Source of the DNA: Mobula hypostoma
Taxonomy: Eukaryota
NCBI RefSeq assembly: GCF_963921235.1
Contig: NC_086097.1
Coordinates: 32,056,001 to 32,120,000 of the forward strand
Length of the DNA stretch: 64,000 bases
Reading direction: 5' to 3'
The notes below the pieces were generated by a model. It saw nothing but the letters and a program-made list of their open reading frames with translations. It ran no database searches and was not told where the DNA came from. Shown here one piece after another: positions 24,701 through 36,700 of the stretch. How positions within the stretch are numbered: the first letter of the stretch is position 1; each line of letters starts with the position of its first letter. Made by a program: the position numbers and the translations under genes.

Positions 24701-27700
24701 GCTGCTTAATGCTAATGAGAAGGAGTTTTGGTAAACTCAAAGGCATGAAGGCCAGAATTGAAGTGGATGAAACAGCAACACAAAGATTCCATAAAGCGCA
24801 TCCTAAACTGGAGGCATCTGGAATTCTCTCCAAGGTTGAGTGGACGATTGGGCCACGCCCACTGTCCCAGTGATCAAGAAAGGGAAGGCTGGAGCCGTTC
24901 GCTTATGTGGGGATTTTAAGGTGAGTATCCCTTGCCACAAATAGAAGAGATTTTTGCATCCTTAGCAGGCAGGGAGAGGTTTTCAAAGATTGACTTGTCA
25001 CAAGCCTATCTGCAAACAGAGATTGAGGAGACAAGCAGGAAGTTCCTCACAATCAAAACTCAGAAGGGACTGTTCCACTGTCATCATCTCGTCTTTGGTA
25101 TCACATCAGCTCCAGCAATTTGGCAAAAAGCAATGGACTAAGTGCTCCAAGATATCCCAGGAACACAATGTTACCTTGATGACATCATTGTGACTTGCAA
25201 AAAAATGATGAAGAGCATCTCCAGTACCTTGGTAAACTGCTTAAAAGGCTGAGTGAGTATGGTCTGTGCACAAAGAGAGAGAACTGAGTTTTTCAAGAAT
25301 GAAATCTCATATTGTGAGCGTGTCATTGACAAGCATACCTTACGTAAATCACAAGAAAAAAAATGAAGCAGTGCTACAGGCACCCAAACCAGAAAATCAG
25401 TCACAACTCAGTTCGTTCTTGGGCCTTGTAAACTGCTACCACCAGTTTCTTCTAAACGTTGCTACAGTGTTGCATCCATTGAATGCACTGTTACAGACAG
25501 GAGCAAAGTGGGAATAGTTAGAAAGATGTAGGAATTCAAGGAAACACTAATAACATCTTGAGAAACTCAGTTAAAGAGAAAGGTTGAATAGGTTAGGACT
25601 TTATTCCCTGGAGCGTAGAAGAATGAGGGGAGATTTGATAGAGGTATATAAAATTATGATGGGTATAGATAGAGTGAATGCAAGCCGGCTTTTTCCACTG
25701 AGGCAAGGGGAGAAAAAAACCAGAGGACATGGGTTAAGGGTGAGGGGGGAAAAGTTTAAAGGGAACATTAGGGGGGGCTTCTTCACACAGAGAGTAGTGG
25801 GAGTATGGAATGAGCTGCCAGATGAGGTGGTAAATGCGGGTTCTTTTTTAACATTTAAGAATGAATTGGACAGATACATGGATGGGAGGTGTATGGAGGG
25901 ATATGGTCCGTTTGCAAGTCAGTGGGACTAGGCAGAAGATGGTTCGGCACAGCCAAGAAGGGCCAAAAGGCCTGTTTCTGTGCTGTAGTTTCTATGGTAA
26001 CTATGGTAACTGCTCACCCATTATGACCCATCCCTGCCCATCAGACTGGCGTGCGATGCATCCCCTTATGGCATTGGAGCCATTTTGTCACACACTATGA
26101 AATATGGATCTGAATGCCCGATTGCGCTTGCTTCAAGATCACCGACGAGTGCCGAACGCAACTGGACTCAGGTCGACCGAGAAGCCCTTAATCTAGTATG
26201 GGGAATAAAGAAGTTCCACCACTACCTCTACGGACAAACGTTTACACTAGTGACAGATCACCAGCCCCTTGTCTCCATTTTCAATCCCAGGAAGGGAATG
26301 CCAGTGAATATTGCTACCTGATTACAATGTTGGGCACTGTTCCTAGGAGCCCACTCTTATGACATAGAATTCAAGAGTATCAAGCAACACAGCAATGCTG
26401 ACGGCTTGTCACATCTTCCACTACTGGCAACTGAAGAAGTGGATCAGTTGCCGGTAACAAAATCCAAAATATAAAGGGAAACAAGGAATGTCCCGACATT
26501 GTCAAAAGTCTATGACATCACCATGCAAGGATGGCCAGCTCATGATAACCCTATGTTTCCAGAGATCTCAGCGAGAGGAGACCCACTCTCAGTATGTCAA
26601 AGAACGCTGATGTGTGGATCTCATGTTGTGGTTCCCTCTAAGCTGCACACCAGAGTGATTGAAAATCTGCACGAAGGACACCTGGGTACAGTCAAGATGA
26701 AGAGGCTTGCCCAGAGCTATGTGTGGTGGCCAGGAATAGATAAACATATTGAAGACTTGGCCAAAAGCTGTTTGGGATGTCAAACAGTTCAAAATGCTAA
26801 GGCACCATTACACCCATGGAAGTGGCCATTGTCACCACAGCAAAGAGTAAATATTGACTTTGCTGGGCCATTCATGTTTCTGATTGCTGTGGCTGCTCAT
26901 TCGAAGTGGCTGGAGGTTATACCAATAAAGTCAACCACCTCAGCAAAGACGGTCTCCGCTCTAAGGACTATCTTCACCAGAGGCGGCTTACCAGAACAAA
27001 TTGTGAGTGACAACAGACCACAATACACATCAGAAGAATTCCGAATGTTCATGAAGGAAAATGGTATCAGACATTTCAAGTCAGCTCCTCATCACCCAGC
27101 AATGAATGGGTGAGCTGAAAGGTTTATCTAATCTTTCATGAAGGCCATTAAAGTGATGGGCAAGGAGGACATTTCTCTACAGCACAAGGTGGACATCTTC
27201 CTTTTAGTGCATCAGAATTCAGCTCATGCGATGATAAATCAAACACAGCAATGCTGTTCATGAGCAGGAATCTGAGATCTCACATAGACCTCCTGAAGCC
27301 AGTCCTCCAGGGAAGTGCAGAATAAACAGTTCAGCCAGTTGCCAAGTGAATCAGCAAAGAGCTTCAAGATTGGACAGGAAGTCCGAATGCACGATTACCG
27401 AGAAGACAAGTGGACACCCGGTAGGACAGCTACAAGAACTGGACCACTGATGTACACAGTGGATGTTGGAGATCATACATGGAGACGTCATGTGGACCAG
27501 ATACTGGATGTTCAACCAAAGAACACACTTGAGTCAATTGCATCCAACAATACAGACATATTTCTGTCACCGGACTTGCCTCTCAGTGATGATGTCACTG
27601 ACAGCAACGTGACACCAGAAACTTAGAATGTTGTCTGAGACAAGACACCTACCAAACCTGGTGCCACTCCAGAGCTATAGAGGCGGAACGAGAACGTTAT

Positions 27701-30700
27701 CGTTGACAAGACATCTGCCAAATTACGATGCTACTCCACAGTCCAGAGGTGCTATCCTGAAAGAAGCAGAGTGCCACCCAAATGACTGAACCTTCATAAC
27801 TAACTGTGAAGTTAGTTATGGACTGTTATTGAGAAAGCATGTTTATTTGGAATATGGGTTTATGAAGGGAAAATTAATGTGTTGTACATATACAGTTTTA
27901 TGGTGCATTAATCCCTAAAGGGGGAGAAGTGTAATGTATGGATCTACTTCTTTTAGAGCAATGACCCCCCCCCAGCATTACATATTGATTGTTATCTGCA
28001 CATGTGCTGTTGTCAATGCATGCACATTGTTCTCTCTCACTGCCAAGTGAATACACCAGTTATAGCCATCTCCCGTGTGCATGCTTTTATTTAATCGATA
28101 TATAGTTGTGCACAGACTCAACACAAGGAATGGATAAAGCATGGAAGGAGGCTATTGGGTCCATCAATGATATACTAGTTCTGTCCATTCCCCCAACAAC
28201 GCCCCTCATCCCATGCTTACGTTGAGCTGCCGCACTTTGTCGACAATGTCGCTTTGGGAAAAATGTTCCACATTGGTCAGCTGTAGGTCCATCTCCGTTA
28301 GCCACACCTCGATGGCCTTCCGCGAGCACTCAAACTCCTCCCTCTGACTGATGAAGTGCTGGAACACAGAGGGAGGGCAAGGTGGGAGTTACTGACCGAG
28401 TCCCAGTCCAACATCCTCTTCTAAAGGGAGATGGGTAGATGGGTGGGGGTGGGGATAAAGGAGAGGTGGGGGTGGGGAAGATGGGGAGTGGAGTGGGGGA
28501 GAGGAGTGGATGGAGGAGATAGGGGAGATGGGGAGAGGGGGAGGAGTGGAGTGGGGTGGGGTCTTGGTGCAATGGCCCATCCTGGATTGAGACAGGGGTG
28601 AGGATGGTGGGGGTGGATTTTGCAGGGACGTTCAAGATGGGAAAGTGAGGATAAGACACAGAGGCGGTGGGCTACCTTGAGACCACAGAGGGGAAGGTGG
28701 TAGTGGGAGAGACAGGTTGGGGAGGGGACAGGGTGTGAGGCTGGGGCCACTGAGATGGTGGAGGAGATGCAATGGTGTGGCAGTGGTCAGTTACCTTGAG
28801 GCGACGGAGGATGGCGGTGATGCGCCGTTGTAGGGCGTCCCAACGCCGGTTACCCTGGGCAACGATGTGCCGGAGGTAGCGTGAGGTGTCGGCACGGTTC
28901 TCCCGGCAGAGTCGGCGGAACTGCTTGTTAATGAGCTCCAGCTGGGTCAACCGCTCGTGAGCCTGTCTCTGGAACGTCTGCGGGACGTAAACCCGTCAGG
29001 GTCAGGCTGGACCGAGACAGACCTCCACCCCGCCACCCTCCGTCCCACCCACATTCCTACCACACACCCTGGAACGACTGTGGGACATGCACCAGACAGG
29101 GTCAGGGTGGACCGAGACAGACCTCCACCCTGCCACCCTCCGTCCCACCCACATTCCTACCACACACCCTGGAACGACTGTGGGACATGCACCCGTCAGG
29201 GTCAGGCTGGACCCAGACAGACCTCCACCCCGCCACCCTCCGTCCCACCCACATTCTTACCACACACTCTGGAACGACTGTGGGACATGCACCAGACAAG
29301 GTCAGACTGGACCGAGACAGACCTCCACCCCGCCACTCCTCCATCCCACCCACATTCTTACCAGACACCCTGGAACGTTTGTGGAATAGCATAGCCTATC
29401 ACGGACACTCACCCTCACACTCACACCCTTGAATGCTTGTGGGTCCGAATCCATGTCTGGGTCAGCCACCCTTGCATGGACTCTCCTGCCCAATCTACAC
29501 AACCCAGCCCCTCATGGGAGTGTTTGGGAGAGGAGGTCCCTCATCCACAGCTTCCCCCCCCACCACTCCTCGCTTCTCCTGCATCCAAGGGATCTAACCC
29601 CGCCACCCCCCAACCCCCTGGACCTCCTCACCCCTTCTCCATCCTCCTTCTCACCTCATACTTCTTCAGCTCGTCCTTGGCGAGGCTGTAGGGGATGAGG
29701 GAGGTGTTGGGGTGAGCGGCTGTCTCCTCTGCCCCCCGCAGCCACTCCTCGAAGTGTGAGTAATCGTCCAGAATCTTCTGCCACATTCGCCACGTCTCCT
29801 CGATTCTGCGGGTGAGGCAGAAGCATGACCCCACGAACGCAATGACAAACCACTACCCTGGCCCCGTTCCGGAACATCACAACCCACCGACACCCTCACC
29901 CCAGACAACACCGACCCCACTTACCCATGACCCCACCCCCAGCCCTGTGACCTCGTTCCAGACACCATGACCCCAGTCCAAAACGTTATGGCCCCAATTC
30001 CCCCTGCTGCGTTTACAGTGATGCTCCTTGGCTTGTAACAAGGTCCCACTGGTGGAAACATCCCAGCCCCTCCTTGTTGCTCCCTCACCCCCGCCTCAGA
30101 ATATTCCCGGTGAGAGTCAGTCCACCCTTCATTCTCCTAAACGCTGAGGAACACAAACTCAAACAACCAGCACCACTGGAGAGACAACACTCTCAGAGAG
30201 AGAGACCAGCATGACCCAGAAACAAGCCCTTCAGCCCAACCTGAATCTGCTGACCCATCCACACTGACCCCCACCCTCACTGTCACAAGCCCCCACCTAT
30301 CACCCCACACTCACTGACACAAACCAGCACCCACCTATCACCCCTCACCGATTCTCCCCATTCATAAATACCCTACTCACCTACTCCTACCATCACAACC
30401 CCCTCCCCATTCATCAACTACCCCCCGACTGCAACCTCCTCCTAAAACCCCTGCCTACCGCATTCGCCGCTGCAGCGACAGGGCGCAGATGTTGCGCCAG
30501 CGCCGGTCCAGGCTACTGCTGCTCTGTCTCAGGGAGTCACATTCGGTCTCGGCATCGGCATCGGCCTCGGCTTCGGCACAAAGCAGGATCCCGTTGCTCC
30601 GTTGCAGCACTGACTCCACCCCCGCGGCGTGGTGGTCGATGTCCCTCTGCAGCTCCTGTACCGAGGGCGGCAGGGGGCAGGGGTCAATAGGAGTCCGAAC

Positions 30701-33700
30701 AGGGGGAAGGAACAGCACACAGCAAGCGCTCCACACTGGGGGTGGGTGGGGGCGGAGACAGTGCACAGCAAGAGTCCATACGGTGGGGGCAGGGGGCAAA
30801 GAGACAGTGCACAGCAAGAGTTTGCATGGGGGGGGTGAAGAAGGACACAGCGAGATTTTGTACTGGAGTGGGGAGGCGACAACACACATCAGAAGTTCGC
30901 AGCTGGGCACAGCAAGCCAACGTCATGACGAGGTAAGTGCACAGCAAGAGTCTGCAATGTGGGTTACGGTTCTGTGCACATCAGGGGCCCACCCCCAACA
31001 TACATCCCTGTCACTCAGCCTTCACCAGCTTTGCACCAACACTCCACACACCCTCTTCGCATTCCCTACTCCAATATGTCCTTTTCCAACCCCTCCTGAC
31101 AGGTCTACCAAGCACACTTCCCTCAACAGTCCAGCTTCCATCTCTAACCCCCATGGCTCCCTTTGCTTGACTTCCGACACAAACTTCCTTGGAACACATG
31201 CTCCCCTATATCCATCCCCCAACATATATCCCTCTCCAACATCCCTCTCTCCAGAATGAAACCCACCCCATCCCAGCCTTTTCCTCCAGCTTGACTCTCC
31301 CTCATCCTTGCTTCCTTCCTCCCCTCCCTTGGTCCCACCACTTCCTTCCTTCCCTCCCTCCCTACCATCTACCCTGTTATTGGTCCCAAACTTCACCCAG
31401 AGCCCACAGAACACCAGCAGGGATGACTTGAGCCTTTACAAATGGCTCTGGTATCAGAGTCTCCCCCTGCCCCCCTTCCTGAGGCCATGAAGGGCTAAGA
31501 GTGACATGTTCAAGGTGAGCTAAATGGTCTGCTGTTTTCAAGCCCACACACCTGTTGCTCGGCCAGCTTGCGCTCGATCTCCTGGTCATTGCAGACGGTG
31601 TAGACGAGGGGCTTGGAGAGTTCAGCCTCAATGTGGGCCAGCCAGGAACGTAGGCAGCTCATCTCCCCATCCAGATTCTGCACCGACATCCGCCTCTCCA
31701 TCAGTGTGCTCACCCTGGGGGAAGGAGCAGGTCACAGCACAGCCAGTGAGTGGGCTTCCCATGATCAGGAATTCCTGATCTCTCGTTGTCTCAATAGAGA
31801 AAGCAGGTGGAGGCTTTAGAGGGTGCAGAGGATGCTGCCTGGGTTAGAGAGCATGTCTCAGGAGAAAAGGCTGAGCAAGCTAGGGCTTTTCTCTTTGGAA
31901 AGGAGAATGACAGGCAACTTGATAGAGGTGTATAAGATAATAAGAGGCATAGGTAGAATGGACACCCAGAGAAGGAAGTATAGAGGGAATATCAGAGGTA
32001 CACTTTTACACAGAGTGTGGTGATAGAGGCAGATACATTAGGGACATTTAAGAGACTCTCAGATGGGCACATGGATGATAGAAAAATGGAGGGCCATGTA
32101 GGAGGGGAGGGTTAGATTGATCAGCACATCGTGGGTTGAAAGACCTGTACTGCGCTGTTCCGTTCTATGTTCTATGAAACTCACACATCTAGGGGAGGAG
32201 CCCACCGTCAACCAATCAGCTGCTTGTGAGAGCTCTCCACAACTGCTCTCTTCTCCATCCCGGGTACCTGCCCAATTGCACCAGGTGGTAGGGGTGATGC
32301 AACAAGAGTGGGACCAGGGAGGATTCACCCTTGAGAGGTTTTGGATGGGCCGGGACTGTTTTCCCTGGAGCGAAGGAGGCTCACAAGTGAATCTTTTGAT
32401 TTTTTTTTAAAACAATACAACACGGATACAGGCCTTTTGGCCCAATCAGTCTATGCTATCTATGGTTCCCACCCAGCTAGTCCCAATTTGCTCCCATCCC
32501 TGCCCTTGCATGTACCTATCAAAGTTTTTAAATGATATTATTGCACCAGCCTAAACCACTTCCCCAGGCAGCTCATACCATGCACACACCACCCTGTGTT
32601 TGGAAAAGCTGCCTTCTCAGGTCCTTCTTTCTCCTCTCACCCTAAACCTATGCCCCGTAGTTTTGGACTGGGGAAAAGACTTGTACCATCCACCTCATGA
32701 TATTAGAAACCTCAATAAAAGTCGCCCTTCATTCTCCTACACTCCAAGGAATGAAGATCTAGGCCTGCCAGCCTCTCCCGATAATTCAGGCTCTCAAGTC
32801 CTTTCATCATCATAAATATTTTTTGCACTCTTTCCCTGTCTTTCCTGAAACAGGGTGATCAAAACTGTGCACCGTATTCCAAGTATAGCCTCACCAGTGA
32901 CTTACACAACTGCAACACAACTGCAACAAGGTGCCAGGCCCTGATGGTCTACCTCGTAGGGCTCTGAAAACCCGTGCCAACCAACTGGCTGGAGTGTACA
33001 AGGATATCTTCAGTCTCTCACTGCTGCAGTCGGAGGTTCCCACCTGCTTCAAATGGGTGACAAAAATACCAGTACCCAATGACTATCACCCAGTGGCACT
33101 CAGATCTAATCATAAAGTGTTTTGTGAGGTTGGTGATGGTCAGAATCAACTCCTGACTAAGCAAAGAACTGGCCCAGATGCAACATGCCTATTACCACAA
33201 TAAGTCTACAGTAGATGCAATCTCACTGGCTCTCCAGTTAACCTTGGATCACCTGCATGGTAGCAATATCTATGTCAGGTTGCTATTTATTGATTACAGC
33301 TCAGCGTTCAACACCATCATACCCTCAGTTCTAATCAACAACCTCCAAAAACCTGGGCCTCTGTACCTCCCTCTGCGACTGGATCCTTGACTTCCTCATC
33401 GGGAGACCAGTTAGTGCAGACTGGAAATAACATCTCCTCCTCGCTGGCAATTAACTCTGGTGCACCTCAAAGATGCCTGCTTAGCCCACTGCTCTACTCT
33501 CTCTGCACCACCACCATCTATAGATCTAACAATGACACAACTATGGTTGCAGAATTTCAGATTGTCATGAGGAGGTGAACAGGAGCGAGATAGATCAGCT
33601 AGTAGAGTAGTGTTGAAACAACAACCCTTTACAAAATGTCGTAAGACCAAGGAACTGATCATGGACTTCAGGAAAGGGAAGTTGAGGGAACACACATCAG

Positions 33701-36700
33701 TCTACATCGAGGGATCGGCAATGGAAAGGGTGAGCAGTTTCGAGTTCATGGTGTCAACATCTCTGAGAATCTATCCTCGTCCCAACATATTGGTACAATT
33801 ACAAAGAAGACGGGACAGTGGCTATATTTCATTAGGAGTTTGAGGATACTTGGTAGGTCACTAAAGACGCTAGCAAGTTTCTACAGTTGTTCTGTGGAAA
33901 GAATTGTAACTGGATGCATCACCGTCTGGTATGGAGGGGCCATTGCACAGGATTAGAAAAAGCTTCAGAAAGTTGCACACTCAGCCAGCTCTATCATGGG
34001 CCTCGCCTGCATCCAGGACACCTTCAGAAGGTGATGCCCCAAAACCACCACCAGAAGGGAGGTGGCTCCCTGTCACATCACCGCGGCATCTCCCCTGCAT
34101 GTACACTTCCGCCAGCTCTCCATCCTGCCCCTCCCCAGTGGCAAACTGGGCCAAAACACCGCCAGCAAATCTGTCCTCTCTTGAGAGAACACAGAAGATA
34201 GAACAGTATGGTACAGTCCAGGCCCTTCAGCCCTCAATGTTGTGCCAACCTTTTAACCTGCTCTAAGATCAATTTAACCCTTCCATCTCACACAGCCCTC
34301 CCTCCATTTTCCTATCATCCAAGTGCCTATTTAAGAGTCTCTTAAGTGTCCCAAATGCATCTTCCTCTACCACCACACATTCACCACTGTGTGAAGAATT
34401 TACTTCTGACATCCACCTATACTTTTCCCCAATCACCTTAAAATTACCCCCCCCCGTATTAACCATTTCCACCCTGGGAAAAAGTCTCTGGCTATCCCAC
34501 TCAATCGATGCCTCTTATCATCTGGTACACCTTTATCAAGTCACCTCTCATCCTCCTTCACTCCAAAGAGAAAAGCTCCAGCTCACTCAACCTATCCTCA
34601 AAGGACATGCTCTCGAACCCAGGCAGGATCCTGGTAAATCTTCTCTGCACCCTCTCTGAAGTTTCTTATAATGAAGCGACAGTGCGGAATCTGGGCTGTG
34701 AGCGAGATCAGCCGCCCTCGCTCCATTGACCAGTCCCCTCCCACGGACTCTGCCCTGAGCTCACTGTCCCGCAGTGACAACTGCTCAGCCTGGAAGGTAC
34801 AGCCTTGGAGGAATGCCCTTCCCAGCCCACAATCTCACCAGGTACAACCTACCCCGCTCCCGCTCCTTCCCCGAGGCAGAGTGATAGTGGGGTGGGCATG
34901 TGTGTGTGAGCACTCAGGAGTATGGCTCCTTCTCCTTTTTCTCTTTCTCTCTCTCTCACACACACACATATATACATTCACAAACAAACAAGAGATTCTG
35001 CAGATGCTGGAAATCTTGAACAACAGACAGCATGGAAGGGTTGATATTTCAGGCTGAGACTCTTCACCTGGAATGGAAAGGAATGGAATGGAATGGAAAA
35101 GAAAGGAATGAAAGGAAAGGGAAAGGAGCAGAAACCAGAATAAGGTGGTAGGGGGAGCGGGGGAGGAGTATAACCTGGTGGGTGATAGGTGAGACCAGGT
35201 AAGGGGGAAGGTGGGTGGGTGGGGGAGGGGTTGATGAAGTGAGAAGCTGGGAAGTGATAGGTGGAAAAGGTAAAGGTCTGAAGAAGAAGGAATCTGATAG
35301 GACAGAAGAGAGGACCATGGGAGAAAGGGAATGAGGAGGGGCACCAGTGGGAGGTGATAGGCAGGTGAGGAGAAGAGAAGGGATGAGATCTATGCACACA
35401 GATGTATACATACAGATTACTCACAGATATAAACTGTATACACACAAACATATACTCATAGTAATTTTATACCTTTGTACTGTACTGCTGTCACAAAACA
35501 AGCTTCACATCATATTAGCCAGTGATAATAAATCTGATTCTTATTATAGACACACACACATGTGTACATACTAATCAGTACACACAAGTGCATGGGCCCA
35601 GGTAGACACACACAGACACAGATTACACACAGACAAATAATACACACACCCAGACCACACACAGATATTATTACCTTGTATATATATATACACACACACA
35701 CACAAGGTAAGGGCAATACTAACTGGTAATACAGACACACACACCCAGATCACACCTGGACGTTGCGCCGTAGGTAAACACACCCACACTCTAGATAAGA
35801 ACAATGCAAACATAATGCAGACACACAGCCGTACACGTACACACACACAGACACAGAGTAGGAAGCAGAATAACCCAGATCACACATGGTCGTTACCCTA
35901 TACACACACACACACACACACAGAGCACAATGAAAGCTACCAAACGGTGCACCCGGCATTGCTCGCGGAGGCCGTGCCCGTGCACCGGAGGCCGTGCTTA
36001 CCGTCTGGCCCCCGGATCAAGCTGCAGCATCCAGGTGGTACCTGGTCGGGAGCAACGGAACGAGAGAGGGAAGGGGCCTCACTGGCAGGCAGCGATCATC
36101 TGTGTACTCACACAGGGAACACTACACCCAACCCCCAACACACCCTCCCCCTGCCCTCTCAGGTTACATCAGAGAGCAGACCAGCCGGATGACAAAGGGC
36201 AGCGGGTCCTGATCACCGTGGCAGCAGAGAGGCGGTCGGTCAGACACCCACAATGTGCAGTCGGCAACGCCGGGACAGAGCCCAGCGCTGGAGAAGGCAG
36301 CGGCTTACAGTAGAGCCACAGCAGATAGCTGAGCCCAGCAACTGTCAGCGGCTTGTGTACCATGGGGCAGGACCAGCCCTGTCAACATGCACAGCGCACA
36401 CACACAGGGACATATACATACTCGCACACTCCCAGAGAAAGAGACAATCAAACCCACACTCAGAGACATGGACACACACACACAGACGCAGACACACTCA
36501 CACATTCAGAGACACAATCACACATAAACCCACACTCAGAGACACGGGCACACTCACACAGACACACTCAGAAAGACACAGACACACAAAGGTCAAAGTC
36601 AATTTATTATCAAAGTACGTTTGTTACTACATACTGCCTAGAGATTCATTTTCTTACAGGTATTTACATAGAAATATAGAAAATAGGTGCAGGAGTAGGC

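Larger units (their letters stand above)
20992..28123 (+). mobile_element. Decayed Ty3/Gypsy LTR retrotransposon (gag, protease, RT, RNase H, integrase)
   Basis: LTRs 20992-21178 and 27930-28123 (TGTAATG...CAACA), PBS TGGCGACAAG at 21182, PPT AAAGGGGGAGAAG at 27917-27929, flanks AAAG/CAAG; motifs LCGDFK, LDDIIV, CDASPYG, TDHQPL, HEGHLG, DFAGP. Confidence 0.95.

Noticed and set aside
30489..31259. 256-aa plus-strand ORF
   Set aside because: Antisense shadow of exon J plus low-complexity intron sequence.
6588..31714. Assignment to SYNE1
   Set aside because: HTVDVGGSSS, EITLNTNKIDQLIV and TNVEHFS...RQLN fit nesprin-2 better, though a phylogeny is needed to confirm.
34670..34910. Second alternative first exon (donor-like GTGAGC and GTGAGA on the minus strand)
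   Set aside because: No clear acceptor, start codon or in-frame link; too weak to call.
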